The notes: generated by a model from the letters alone, not told the origin. A stretch of 64,000 nt of DNA from an uncultured Sphingobacteriales bacterium (GCA_937871285.1 CALMQS010000124.1:2233-66232), one strand, 5' to 3'; numbered from the stretch's first letter, positions 48,803-58,935 are shown. Program-made: numbers and translations.

Positions 48803-49675
48803 TCATTTGTTAAACAACTTGCGCAGGTAGGCAAGGTTGTGACGGTAACTTTCAACAGTTTCTCCACCTTCCGGAATAGCCCCTTCTATCTGCATCCAGC
48901 CATTGCCTCTATATCCTGTTTGGTAAATGGCTTCGCTTACGCCTTTCCAGTTTACGGTACCCTTATCTAATAAGAAACCATTTTCTTTCATATGTAGTTC
49001 GCATACCTCATCTTTTCCCAGCTTTTTAAATTCGGCAATAGGGTCGTGACCCGCATCGACGGTATTACGGAAATCGAAATATACTTTAAGGTTTTTGGAT
49101 CCTACTTTGTCAATGATCTCCATGTGTTCCTTAGCATCAAGGTAAGATTCGATGCCAAGTATAATCCCTTTAGCTTCCGCATAAGGCATTAGGGCCTGTA
49201 AATGCTTTACAGCGGCTGCTTTCCGGGCATTGTCATTGCGCAGGTCGCTGGCATTAAAAAAAGCCAGCAGCAATACCTTTACTTTTAGATTTTTAGCCGC
49301 ATCAATGGAACCCTTTACCCATTCCTGCACCCGCTCATCGGAGTGAAACGGCACCCGGTTATATATGCCCATCGCCAGGCTCGAAATGGCAATTCCTGTT
49401 TGAGCCGAAGTTTTAAGATAAGCGTCCTGGATTTCTTTTTGCCTGATGTGCAGGTTGTTTTCCACGCTGCCCATATCTACCATAATACCATCCACACCAA
49501 TAGCTTTTGCTACTTCAAAAGCACCGATATTGCTTCCTTTTCCTATAGACCAGTCGCAGGCGCCGATTTTGAAACGGCCTGCACGCTGCTCTGCCATCAG
49601 CTCTTTAAACACACCGGCCTGCAGCAATGAAGAAAGTACCAAAGATTTTTTGATGAGCGATCGTCTTGTTATCAT
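48803..49675 (-). CDS. Sugar-phosphate isomerase/epimerase-like TIM barrel (AP_endonuc_2), probable Tat substrate
   Basis: TRRSLI; IGACDWS; LGIESY; YFDFRN; ELHMKE; WMQIE. Confidence 0.85.
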   Translation of the reverse strand: MITRRSLIKKSLVLSSLLQAGVFKELMAEQRAGRFKIGACDWSIGKGSNIGAFEVAKAIGVDGIMVDMGSVENNLHIRQKEIQDAYLKTSAQTGIAISSLAMGIYNRVPFHSDERVQEWVKGSIDAAKNLKVKVLLLAFFNASDLRNDNARKAAAVKHLQALMPYAEAKGIILGIESYLDAKEHMEIIDKVGSKNLKVYFDFRNTVDAGHDPIAEFKKLGKDEVCELHMKENGFLLDKGTVNWKGVSEAIYQTGYRGNGWMQIEGAIPEGGETVESYRHNLAYLRKLFNK

Positions 49676-49743
49676 ACCGGTTTTTTGGAAAACTAAATAT
49701 ATCAATTTTTTAGGGGTTTTGTAAACTTGCATAAATTTAGATA

Positions 49744-51021
49744 ATGGCTACTGAAATAAAATGTCCGAATTGCGGTCATCCTTTCCCGATGGAAGATGCG
49801 GTTTCTGAAGATTATAAAAGGGAATTGCGTGAAAAGATGACCAGATATATAAAGCAAAAAGACGAAGAACTGCAAAAAAAGCAGGAAGAGTTTTTGCGCC
49901 GGGAACAAACCATGCTGCAGCAGGCACAGCAAAAAGAACTGGAATACGCGAATAAACTGGCCGATGAAAAAGCAAAGCTGCAGAAATCGCTGGAAGAGAA
50001 CATACGGAAAAGTATAAGCGCAGATTTTGAAAACCAGGTGAGCCTGCTGCAACAGACCAACAAGGATAATGAAATAAAACTGCAGGAAGCCCGCAGTAAA
50101 CAATTAGAGTACCTCAAAAAAGAACAGGAGCTGCAAAACAGGGAGCAGGAGATGGAGATACAGATCCAGCAAACCCTGTTAAAGGAACGGCAAAAAATAG
50201 GGGAAGAGATCAGGAAGCTGGAAGAGCAGAGAACAAGCGCGAAAGAAACCGAATACCAGTTGAGGATGAAGGAGATGGAAAAGCAGTTGGAAGACCAGAA
50301 AAAGCTGGTGGATGAAATGAAACGCAAAGCGGAACAGGGCTCCATGCAAATGCAGGGCGAGGTACAGGAACTGTTGCTGGAAAACCTGCTGAGAGGCAGC
50401 TTTCCGTTTGACGTAATTACGGAAGTAAGTAAGGGCGCGCGGGGTGCTGATTGCATTCAAACCATACGCAACCAGTTTGGACAGGAATGCGGTAAGATCA
50501 TTTATGAAAGCAAAAGAGCGCAGCACTTTGCCAATGACTGGATTGAAAAGCTGAAAGCGGAAATGCGAACACAGGGCGCCGACGTAGCCGTTATCGTTAC
50601 CCAGGCTATGCCAAAGGATATGAACCAGTTCGGGGAAAAAAACGGGGTATGGATCTGCAGCTTTGCCGAAGTGAGGGCTCTGGCTCATATTTTGCGGGAC
50701 AGTATCATTAAGATATATAACGCTTCGCGGTCGCAGGAAAATAAAGGCGATAAAATGCATTTGCTGTACGATTATTTAACCGGACAGGAATTCGCCGAAC
50801 AATGGAAAGCCATAAGGGAAGGATTTTTGTCTATGCGGTTGTCCATTCAAAAAGAAAGGGATGCCATGGAGAAATTATGGAAAGCACGGGAGAAGCACTT
50901 GGAAAAGGTATTGTTAAATGCCGCACATATACGCGGCTCTATTGAAGGTATAGCCGGACAGGACTCCATTGACCTCAATTTGCTGGAAGATGATGATAAG
51001 GATAATTTATTGGGGGGGTAA
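49744..51021 (+). CDS. DUF2130 coiled-coil protein
   Basis: IKCPNCG; long coiled coil; QGSMQMQGEVQE; GKIIYESKR; W..KLK. Confidence 0.88.
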   Translation: MATEIKCPNCGHPFPMEDAVSEDYKRELREKMTRYIKQKDEELQKKQEEFLRREQTMLQQAQQKELEYANKLADEKAKLQKSLEENIRKSISADFENQVSLLQQTNKDNEIKLQEARSKQLEYLKKEQELQNREQEMEIQIQQTLLKERQKIGEEIRKLEEQRTSAKETEYQLRMKEMEKQLEDQKKLVDEMKRKAEQGSMQMQGEVQELLLENLLRGSFPFDVITEVSKGARGADCIQTIRNQFGQECGKIIYESKRAQHFANDWIEKLKAEMRTQGADVAVIVTQAMPKDMNQFGEKNGVWICSFAEVRALAHILRDSIIKIYNASRSQENKGDKMHLLYDYLTGQEFAEQWKAIREGFLSMRLSIQKERDAMEKLWKAREKHLEKVLLNAAHIRGSIEGIAGQDSIDLNLLEDDDKDNLLGG

Positions 51022-51051
51022 GACGTTATATATTGTCCCCAAGCAAATGGA

Positions 51052-51912
51052 ATGATTACCTGGATAGTAATAATCATATTAGTTATTGCAGTAATCTGGC
51101 GGCTAACACGGTCTGCCAGGCATACCCTTACCGATTCAACCGATCAGCAGGGGCACGATAAAGTTGCACAGGACGAAGCGCATATTAAATGCCCTTTGGT
51201 ATATAATGGCAATGATCTGGAGTTTCCCGATGAGGTATTGCACACGGTGCTTACTAAGCATTTTTCCTATTATAACCGCCTGCTTGATGTTGACCGTGAA
51301 AAATTCATCAGCCGGCTTAAAAAATTCATTGATACCAAAGTATTTATCATCCACGATAAAAAAGGATACCGTGAGATGCCTATCCTGATCAGCGCGGCTG
51401 CCATTCAGCTCACTTTTGGCTTAAGAAAATACCTGCTGTCGCACTTCAATATCATACAGATCTTCCCGGAGGCTTTTGTTGGACTGGAACCTTTCCGGAT
51501 ACTGATTGGCAATGTAACGGGCAACACCATTAATATTGCCTGGAAACAGTTCCTGGAAGGATATAAGAATAAATATGACCTGCAGAATGTTGGACTGCAT
51601 GAAATGGCGCATGCGCTGTATTACCAGAACTTTGAAACAGCAATAAGCATTGATAAGGATTTTAAAGATTCATTCCGCGAGTTCAATTCTATTGGCGATA
51701 AAATATACCATGTAGAAAAGATCCTTACGATCGGCTTATATTCCGAATACGCGATCAAAGATTTCCAGGAGTTCTGGGCAGAAAGCATTGAGATCTATTT
51801 TAAAAGTCCTGATCGTTTGCAACTGCATTACCCTGAACTGTATAAAGTGCTGTGCGACCTGCTCAACCAGGACCCGTTGAATTATCCCAATCATTTATTT
51901 GAAAAGGTATAG
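51052..51912 (+). CDS. Zinc-dependent peptidase, MtfA/M90-like
   Basis: ISAAAIQLTFG; NVGLHEMAHAL (HExxH); EFWAE; YPELY..L..LLNQDP. Confidence 0.85.
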   Translation: MITWIVIIILVIAVIWRLTRSARHTLTDSTDQQGHDKVAQDEAHIKCPLVYNGNDLEFPDEVLHTVLTKHFSYYNRLLDVDREKFISRLKKFIDTKVFIIHDKKGYREMPILISAAAIQLTFGLRKYLLSHFNIIQIFPEAFVGLEPFRILIGNVTGNTINIAWKQFLEGYKNKYDLQNVGLHEMAHALYYQNFETAISIDKDFKDSFREFNSIGDKIYHVEKILTIGLYSEYAIKDFQEFWAESIEIYFKSPDRLQLHYPELYKVLCDLLNQDPLNYPNHLFEKV

Positions 51913-51933
51913 GGTTAAACTTCCCTCCTTCTT

Positions 51934-52508
51934 CGACCCCTTCGGGGTCGTAATGCATTTCTGTTACTGAAGTTATAAACCTAAGACCCCTTCAGGGTCG
52001 AACACAAATTCCTGCAGTCAATTTCTACTGATCGGTTTTCCTTATCCCAAAGGGATGCAAGGTTTATAATACATACAGACAGAAAAGCTGCGACCTCAAA
52101 GGGGTCGAACTCGCCAGGGATGGTTCGCAATAGGCACAAGCATTTGCGACCTTGCAGATGTTGCTTATACCTTCGGCCCCCTTGGGGTCGTAATGCATTT
52201 CCATTATTGAAGTTATAAACCTTAAGACCCTTTCAGGGTTAAATACAAATTTCTGCGGCCAATTTCTTCGGATGGGTTTTTCTCATCCCAAAGGGATCCA
52301 AGGTTTATAATATATATAGACAAAGAAGTTGCGACCCCAGCGGGGTCGAACAATCCATTCCCATTATTTGGTTATAAACCTAAGACCCTTTCAGGGGCAA
52401 ATACAAATTCCGGTAGCCAATTTCTTCGGATGGGTTTTCCTCACCCTAAAGGGTACAAGATTTATAATATATACAGAAAGAGAAACTGCGACCCCAACGG
52501 GGTCGAAC
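51934..52508. repeat. REP/BIME array: three ~155-175 bp composite units of GACCC/GGGTC-type hairpins
   Basis: Each unit has TTATAAAC+GACCC..GGG hairpin, an inverted ATCCC-AAA-GGGAT+G(T)TTATAA copy, and CGACCCC-n3-GGGGTCGAAC. Confidence 0.85.
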
Positions 52509-52533
52509 AATTCAGTGGAATGATACATGCATT

Positions 52534-52995
52534 TCAATTCAACCAGTCAAACAAATACTGCTCTTCGTGCGGTATTTCAAATTTCTTCAGGAATGCGATG
52601 TATTCTTCTTTAAACGTTTTCTTCCGGTGGTGCTCTTTCTGATTCATAATATACCGGATAACATTATTAAGATGCGAATGACTGTATGAAAAAGCCCCAA
52701 AGCCTCCCTGCCAGTTGAATTTGGATTTTGTAAATCCATTGTCATTAATAAATTCATTGGTGGACTTTTTTACTTCCCTTACCAGGTCAGATAAACAACA
52801 GGTGGGTTTCATACCCATAAAAATATGAATATGATCAGGCATACCATTAATGGCCAGTAATTTCTGGCCCTTATTACGAATGATACCCGTGGTGTACTCG
52901 TATAATCGTTCTTCCCACAAAGGTTGTATTAATGCCTGCCGGTGTTTTACAGCAAATACAACCTGGATATACATTTGCGAAAATGTTCCTGCCAT
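52534..52995 (-). mobile_element. tnpA: IS200/IS605-superfamily Y1 (HUH) transposase, probably REP-associated
   Basis: YIQVVFAVKHR, DHIHI (HUH), F.WQ.GFGAFS, RYIMNQKEHH (catalytic Tyr); REP array immediately downstream; no tnpB. Confidence 0.9.
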
Positions 52996-53049
52996 ATAGT
53001 GTGTTTTAGGTTAACAATTACACTAAGGTAAAAAATATGAAGTAATTGA

Positions 53050-55167
53050 TCACTCCTGTTCTTTCAGCGCAAAAGCAAGATAGGCGTCTCCTGAAGGTGT
53101 GCCCACCTTACCACCGCCGCCGGCGGCAATAACAATATACTGCCTGTTATCAATCATATAAGTAGCAGGAGTAGCATAGCCCCCCGCAGGCAATTGATAT
53201 TCCCATAAAAGCCTGCCATTTTTTTTGTCAAAAATCCTCAGCTTCTCATCGCGTGTGGCGCCGATTATTACAATCCCCCCGGCTGTAACCAATGCGCCGC
53301 CGAGGTTTTGTGTGCCGGTAGCCGGAATATTTTTTGCTGTTAGCTCGGGGTATTCTCCCAAAGGAACCTGCCACGCTATTTCTCCCTTATTTAAATCAAT
53401 GGCATTTAATGTGCCCCATGGAGGCTTCACCCCGGGATAGCCATCCTGATCCTTTAATTCGTTCCATCCATCGTGTACATAACGCACATGCGTAGATGCA
53501 GCCGCCTGCTGTTCTCCAACCTCTGCATTGTCGCGAAGTAAAAACGCTATCAAATCGGTCTTATCTTCTTCTGTTAAATTAGGATATGCGGGCATCTGCC
53601 CTCTGCCACTTTGCAGCAGCCCGGATATTTCTGCAAATGAATATTTTTTAGAAAGCCCCAGTAACGCAGGATATACATGGGTACCCTTTCTGTCGGACCC
53701 GTGACACATCGTACAATTATTCAGTGTGTAGAGTTGCTGACCCTTTGATTCGTCATTGCCATCCATGATAACCGGTTTCATTTTAATCAGCATCGGGATT
53801 TCGTTGGCATTTACATACAACATCCCTGTTTCGGGATCAAAAGAAGCCCCACCCCATTCTGCTCCGCCCCGCGTTCCGGGAAACTGCACTACGCCAGCGG
53901 TATCAGGTGGTGTAAACACAGGTCCTGTTTTAGCATTTCCTATTTTATTTTTTATGTACCTGTAGGAAGAATCGGAAAAATCAAGCATACCGGCATCAGG
54001 AAAATTTTGCCTTACAAACGGAGGAGGTTTTACCGGGAATGGCTGCGTAGCCGAAGTTTGCTCTCCGATGAGTGTAGATTGCGGAACCGGCCGTTCCTGA
54101 ATGGGATATACCGGTTCGCCTGTATTTCTGTTGAACAGGAACACCATACCCATTTTGGTTGTTTGCGCAACAGCCGGTATCGTTTTACCATCCCTTTCTA
54201 CGGTTACCAACGTAGGCGGAGCCGGCAAATCATAATCCCATAAATCGTGATGCACTAATTGATAATGCCATATTCTTTTTCCTGTAAGCGCGTTTAAAGC
54301 CACCAGGCAATTTCCGAACAGGTTATTGCCTTTGCGGTTACCACCGTAAAAATCAAATGCCGGTGAACCCAATGGCAAAAATACCGTTCCGGTTGCTTCA
54401 TCCAGACTTAACCCTGCCCAGGCATTTACACCGCCGGCCTCTTTCCAGGCATCTTCCTGCCATGTATCATAACCAAATTCCCCGGGTTGTGGTATGGTAT
54501 GAAAAGTCCATACCGTTTTGCCTGTAATAATATCGTACCCTCTCACGAAGCCCGGTGCAGCATCATATCCTTCTCCCAGCGCTGTTCCCATAACCAGCAC
54601 ATTTTTATAAATTATTCCGGGAGAGGTAGACCATACCGCCAGCTTTGAGGGATCTCTGCCCAAACCTTTGCGAAGATCAATTTTTCCCTCATCTCCAAAA
54701 GAGGATACAAGCTTCCCTGTTTCTGCATTAACCGCATATAAATAGGGTCCGGCAGAAAAGAAAATTCTTTTTTCCGAATCATTTTCCCAGTAAGTAACGC
54801 CACGGTTTACACCGGTAGCTTCCTCATTTACAAAAGGATCAAACCGCCATATTTCTTTTCCTTTCCGGGCATCGAGCGCTATAAGCTTTAGCTGTGGAGA
54901 GGTAGCATACATTACCGTATCTATAATAACCGGGTTACATTGAATTGCCGAACGGTTACCTTCTCTTGCATCGCCGGATTGATAGATCCAGGCTACTTCA
55001 AGCTGATCGAGATTGGTACTGTTTATTTGTGTAAGCGGGGAGTATCCGCTGCTGGCATTATCCCCACGGTAAACCGGCCAGGGAATATTGCTTACCTGGT
55101 TGCAGGAAATGAACAGAAGCATTATAAAAGAACAAAAAATTATTGAGGGTGTCCGGGTGTAATGCAT
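53050..55167 (-). CDS. PQQ-dependent glucose/quinate dehydrogenase-like protein with inserted cytochrome c
   Basis: WPVYRGD; YSPLTQIN; NRGVTYW; HHDLWDYD; GGAEWGG; CTMCH; GGYATPATY. Confidence 0.9.
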   Translation of the reverse strand: MHYTRTPSIIFCSFIMLLFISCNQVSNIPWPVYRGDNASSGYSPLTQINSTNLDQLEVAWIYQSGDAREGNRSAIQCNPVIIDTVMYATSPQLKLIALDARKGKEIWRFDPFVNEEATGVNRGVTYWENDSEKRIFFSAGPYLYAVNAETGKLVSSFGDEGKIDLRKGLGRDPSKLAVWSTSPGIIYKNVLVMGTALGEGYDAAPGFVRGYDIITGKTVWTFHTIPQPGEFGYDTWQEDAWKEAGGVNAWAGLSLDEATGTVFLPLGSPAFDFYGGNRKGNNLFGNCLVALNALTGKRIWHYQLVHHDLWDYDLPAPPTLVTVERDGKTIPAVAQTTKMGMVFLFNRNTGEPVYPIQERPVPQSTLIGEQTSATQPFPVKPPPFVRQNFPDAGMLDFSDSSYRYIKNKIGNAKTGPVFTPPDTAGVVQFPGTRGGAEWGGASFDPETGMLYVNANEIPMLIKMKPVIMDGNDESKGQQLYTLNNCTMCHGSDRKGTHVYPALLGLSKKYSFAEISGLLQSGRGQMPAYPNLTEEDKTDLIAFLLRDNAEVGEQQAAASTHVRYVHDGWNELKDQDGYPGVKPPWGTLNAIDLNKGEIAWQVPLGEYPELTAKNIPATGTQNLGGALVTAGGIVIIGATRDEKLRIFDKKNGRLLWEYQLPAGGYATPATYMIDNRQYIVIAAGGGGKVGTPSGDAYLAFALKEQE

Positions 55168-55201
55168 TTCTTAATGAAAATTTTGCTTTGCTGATGTACA
55201 A

Positions 55202-56284
55202 TTATTTTTTAAGTATTTTCAGGGCATTCCCTTTATAGATTTTTTTCAATGCGGCATCACTTAAATTAAATCCCTGTAACGGCCAATGGTACTCAAACAG
55301 ATCTGTAGCATAAAAATGCTCATCATTGGTTTGCAGTATGCGGAAAGTTGTTTCATACATAAAATTGCCGGGATGATAATCGGTTCCATATACCAGCTTA
55401 TCCTGATACTTTTCAAAAAAGGCTGATGCAAAACGGGGAATAGGTGCTATCTCTCCAAAACGGGCAGCTACATCGGCATACAGGTTATCATATTTTGAAA
55501 GCAGGTTACCCAGCAGGGTCAGATCATATTCGCAATTGGCAAGATGGCATGCTACAAAAGTGGTACGGGGATTTGCTTTTACCACATTTTCCAATGCCTT
55601 TATCATTTCTCCGTGTCCCCTGAACCCTGGTTTGGAAGGATCCATTTTCCAGCTATAAGCATTCATCAACCCATCATTGGTGGAGTCCATCGGTTCATAC
55701 ATCCACATCGGTTCGGCTACATGAATGCTTACCGGAATTTTTAGTTCCCCGCATTTCTCATACAAAGGCTGCAACCTTTTATCATCCACATGCATGCCGT
55801 AACCGGGTACCGGGTTTGAAAACACTTCTCCCAAACCTTTATCGCCTAATTCTCCAACGCCCCTGGCGCCTGCTTTAACGCAACGTTCCAGCTCCTTTAC
55901 GGCTTTCTCCCCCCATCCGGGTTCCTGGTATCCGGTGTAGTCAAACCCACACCATAGCTCAAACCTGTTTAAATAGGGAGCATATACATTGTAAATGGAA
56001 TCAAACTGGGCGCCGGTAGATTCTGTGAGCAGCACTACTTTTTCTATCCCGAACTTATCCATTAATCTTAACCATTCTTTAATATCCTTTACTTCTTTTG
56101 AATACCAGCTATGGGCGTGCATATCAATAACCGGGAACTTTGCTTTATCAATTGCAGTAACCGGGATTTTATAAATGGATTGGGGGCGATAATGCTTCAA
56201 AAGAAGGCTATCAGGGTTTTGTGCCGGGCAGAACTGGGCTATAGCTCCAATTAATATACAGAGCAGTATTTTTTTTAACAGCAT
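55202..56284 (-). CDS. Amidohydrolase family (Amidohydro_2) secreted protein
   Basis: IDMHAH; GVGEL; SIHVAEP; ACHLA; YGTD; IYKGNA. Confidence 0.88.
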   Translation of the reverse strand: MLLKKILLCILIGAIAQFCPAQNPDSLLLKHYRPQSIYKIPVTAIDKAKFPVIDMHAHSWYSKEVKDIKEWLRLMDKFGIEKVVLLTESTGAQFDSIYNVYAPYLNRFELWCGFDYTGYQEPGWGEKAVKELERCVKAGARGVGELGDKGLGEVFSNPVPGYGMHVDDKRLQPLYEKCGELKIPVSIHVAEPMWMYEPMDSTNDGLMNAYSWKMDPSKPGFRGHGEMIKALENVVKANPRTTFVACHLANCEYDLTLLGNLLSKYDNLYADVAARFGEIAPIPRFASAFFEKYQDKLVYGTDYHPGNFMYETTFRILQTNDEHFYATDLFEYHWPLQGFNLSDAALKKIYKGNALKILKK

Positions 56285-56322
56285 AGATGATATTGTTTTT
56301 AGTTCAAATAAAATCAGGTTGA

Positions 56323-56910
56323 TCAATTGTCGTGTATTTTTCTTTCCAGCTCGCATGATATCTGAGACATGGCTTTGGATATAAGGTTATAAATAGCATT
56401 GGTGCTGATATACATTTTAGCCGCAATTTCGGGGTAGCTGAGATTGGCATAAAATTTAAGCAGAACAGCTTCCTGCTGCCGCCTGGTCAGCACTTTTATT
56501 GCCCTGTGAATGTGCTTTTTCTTTTCAGCATGATACTGCTCCATGATCATCTTTTTTTCTATGCTCTGCACTTCCGTATCATGCAGATCTGCTATCTCAT
56601 ATGGCACATTCGTTCTTTTACGCTTTACCTGGCGGATAATTTTTCGCTGAACCGAACAAAGAAGATATGCTTTTACCGAACGGGGAACACCCAGGTTAGC
56701 TTTATTGTTCCATATTTCAATAAAGAGGTCGTGCACACAATCTTCAATCAGTGTTTTATCGGGGTATAATTTCAGGCTGTTCGTTATCATTATACCAAAA
56801 TACCGGTGGTATAAGCCTGCAAAAGCTTCACGGCTTCCTTTTTTGAAATTATGCCACAACGCTTCGTCACAATATGCCCGGGATGTTGAAGCAGGATATG
56901 TTAGTTGCAT
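56323..56910 (-). CDS. ECF sigma-70 factor
   Basis: AFAGLYHRY; EDCVHDLFIEIW; LTRRQQEAVLLKFYANLSYPEIA. Confidence 0.92.
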   Translation of the reverse strand: MQLTYPASTSRAYCDEALWHNFKKGSREAFAGLYHRYFGIMITNSLKLYPDKTLIEDCVHDLFIEIWNNKANLGVPRSVKAYLLCSVQRKIIRQVKRKRTNVPYEIADLHDTEVQSIEKKMIMEQYHAEKKKHIHRAIKVLTRRQQEAVLLKFYANLSYPEIAAKMYISTNAIYNLISKAMSQISCELERKIHDN

Positions 56911-56954
56911 GTTTTGTGTTTGAATTATTATACAAATACCTGTTAAAAGCCTTG

Positions 56955-57410
56955 TTACAGGTCAAGCTCCATATACACATCAGCCCTTTTGTATTTTGTT
57001 CTGTCTGCAGGTTTATGAATAAAACCGTATTGCCGGTAAATAGCGAGGGCTGTTTTAAGGCTATGCTCCGAATACAATACGATTTTTTTTGCGTTCATTT
57101 CCCGGGCAGCATCAATTGCCGCTTCGCATAACCGCCGGCCAATTCCCAGGCCCCGGAATGACTCATCTACTGCCATCTTTATCATTTCTACCGCTTCATT
57201 TCCTGCATGCTTTAAAGCAACAGTTCCTGCGATCGTGCCATTATAAGATGCAAACAAAATTTTACCGCCTTCTTTCAAAATGGCTTCTTCCGGATTACCC
57301 AGCAGGTATTCATCCACGGGTTCTATGGTAAAGTATTTTTCCAGCCAGGCTTTGTTCAATTTTTCAAAGTATGGCTGATATCCGGGCTGATAGGGCAAAA
57401 TAGTAATCAT
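56955..57410 (-). CDS. GNAT N-acetyltransferase
   Basis: KMAVDESFRGLGIGRRL; AIYRQYGF. Confidence 0.92.
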   Translation of the reverse strand: MITILPYQPGYQPYFEKLNKAWLEKYFTIEPVDEYLLGNPEEAILKEGGKILFASYNGTIAGTVALKHAGNEAVEMIKMAVDESFRGLGIGRRLCEAAIDAAREMNAKKIVLYSEHSLKTALAIYRQYGFIHKPADRTKYKRADVYMELDL

Positions 57411-57433
57411 CGTTCTTCCTGTTTATATTGCGC

Positions 57434-58753
57434 TTACTTCCTTCCGGGATGTACCCACACTCCGTTCAGCATTACCTTTTCTATATTCCGCATTGTGCTT
57501 ATATCCTGCAACGGGTTTCCTTTAATTAAAATAAGATCAGCAATCTTTCCTTTTTCAATACTTCCCAGCCGGTCATCCACCCGGAAGTAACGGGCGTTTT
57601 GCATAGTTGATGCCACAATTACATCTGAGGGATCAACGCCGCTTTCTACCCATAGCTCCATCTCCCTTTGGTAAGCCCATCCCTCTTCCGCATACGGGAT
57701 CATTGAATGCGACCCCAGCACCATGCGTACGCCCAGCTTCTGCAACCGGGCTGTTAAGACTTTCATATTAGTAAAGCCGGAAAGCTTAGCGGTGTCATGA
57801 TCATTTTTCTCCGGCCGGTACTCAAACGGCCCCAATGTAGGGGTAACAAAAGTGCCTTTCTTCATAAGAAATTTAGCCAGGCTGTCCACCTTGTTTCCCT
57901 GCATATCTATTTTTGCCCAAAGCTCATAGCGTCCGTGTTTCCTGAAATCATTACCTGATAAAACGGATTGGCGATATTTTTCCGCTTCTCTCCGCGGAAT
58001 CAATGTCAGTCCAAATGAAGTAATATGTTCCACCCCATCCAGCCCGGCTTCAATAGCCTCCATGGCTTCGGTAATCTCCAGGTGTGCCGTAACCGGAATT
58101 CCTTTCTCCCGGGCGGTATTACAAACAATACGGATAAGATCCGGCGGCATCCTGAAATACACTTTAATGGCTGCTGCACCTTCCTGAATTTGTTTGTTTA
58201 CAGCATATACCGCTTCTATTGAATCCCGTACTATATACGCGTCATATGGATACGCCGGTGGAGGCATGTCTAAGTGCGGCCCGCACAAAAACAACCGGGG
58301 AGCAGCTTTCCCCGGCTTTCTTTCATTTTCATAAGCTTCAATCCATGCACCCGGATCCCGTACCGAAGTAACGCCGTGCTGCAAAAAAAGTGCAGGCAGC
58401 CCCTTTATCCGGTCCAGGTGAAAATGGGCATCCATCAGGCCGGGCATCAATGTTAAACCAGACGCATCAACCCGCTCAGCATCTTTTGGTATGGTAACAG
58501 CATCTATGATGCCCACGGCTTCTATAATATTACCCCTGATCAATACACAACCATTGGAGAGTGGTGGTCCGCCATTGCCGTCTATAACAGTAGCTCCCGT
58601 TATAGCAATTGTACTTTTCCCAACTGCAATTTCTTTAGCGTTTACTTCTGTTACGGATTGGCGTTGTGGTACATTACTATCCTGAGAAACGCCATTGCAG
58701 GAAAGCAATACCAGAACAAAAGCATAATAAGCAAATGTTTGCCGGATAAACAT
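57434..58753 (-). CDS. Amidohydrolase family lipoprotein
   Basis: Lipobox LLSC; MPGLMDAHFH; GVTSVRDPG; IKVY; TAH; VEH; GSIEKGKIADL. Confidence 0.9.
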   Translation of the reverse strand: MFIRQTFAYYAFVLVLLSCNGVSQDSNVPQRQSVTEVNAKEIAVGKSTIAITGATVIDGNGGPPLSNGCVLIRGNIIEAVGIIDAVTIPKDAERVDASGLTLMPGLMDAHFHLDRIKGLPALFLQHGVTSVRDPGAWIEAYENERKPGKAAPRLFLCGPHLDMPPPAYPYDAYIVRDSIEAVYAVNKQIQEGAAAIKVYFRMPPDLIRIVCNTAREKGIPVTAHLEITEAMEAIEAGLDGVEHITSFGLTLIPRREAEKYRQSVLSGNDFRKHGRYELWAKIDMQGNKVDSLAKFLMKKGTFVTPTLGPFEYRPEKNDHDTAKLSGFTNMKVLTARLQKLGVRMVLGSHSMIPYAEEGWAYQREMELWVESGVDPSDVIVASTMQNARYFRVDDRLGSIEKGKIADLILIKGNPLQDISTMRNIEKVMLNGVWVHPGRK

Positions 58754-58789
58754 GTTGGATCTGCAATAATTATTGATGATGTAATATAA

Positions 58790-58935
58790 AGAGGCTGTCT
58801 CAAAAGAGCCGGTATAGAAGATATGCCACTAAGACACAAAGTTCTGATCTTCAGGTTTTATTTTCTTCGTGCCCCTGCCTACCGGCAGGCAGGTTAGTGG
58901 CTTCGTGGCAAAATATTACTTTTTAGACAACCCCT
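58790..58935. mobile_element. MITE-like element (146 bp) with 17-bp imperfect terminal inverted repeats and an internal REP
   Basis: AGAGGCTGTCTCAAAAG versus reverse complement AGGGGTTGTCTAAAAAG (14/17); contains CCTGCCTACCGGCAGGCAGG. Confidence 0.55.

Noticed and set aside
48715-48867. N-terminal extension of the PVC-type protein, including CASC
   Set aside because: It overlaps the 3' end of the upstream gene and precedes a clear lipoprotein signal starting at 48714. Similar over-extended starts were trimmed for several other ORFs.
49812-50760. Long antisense ORFs (214 and 193 aa) and similar shadow ORFs elsewhere in the track
   Set aside because: They are low-complexity mirror translations of the DUF2130 coiled coil or of other well-supported genes, with no motifs of their own.
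51934-52508. CRISPR array
   Set aside because: Units are 155-175 bp and similar along their whole length, with no unique spacers between constant 28-47 bp repeats and no cas genes. A REP/BIME array next to a Y1 transposase fits better.
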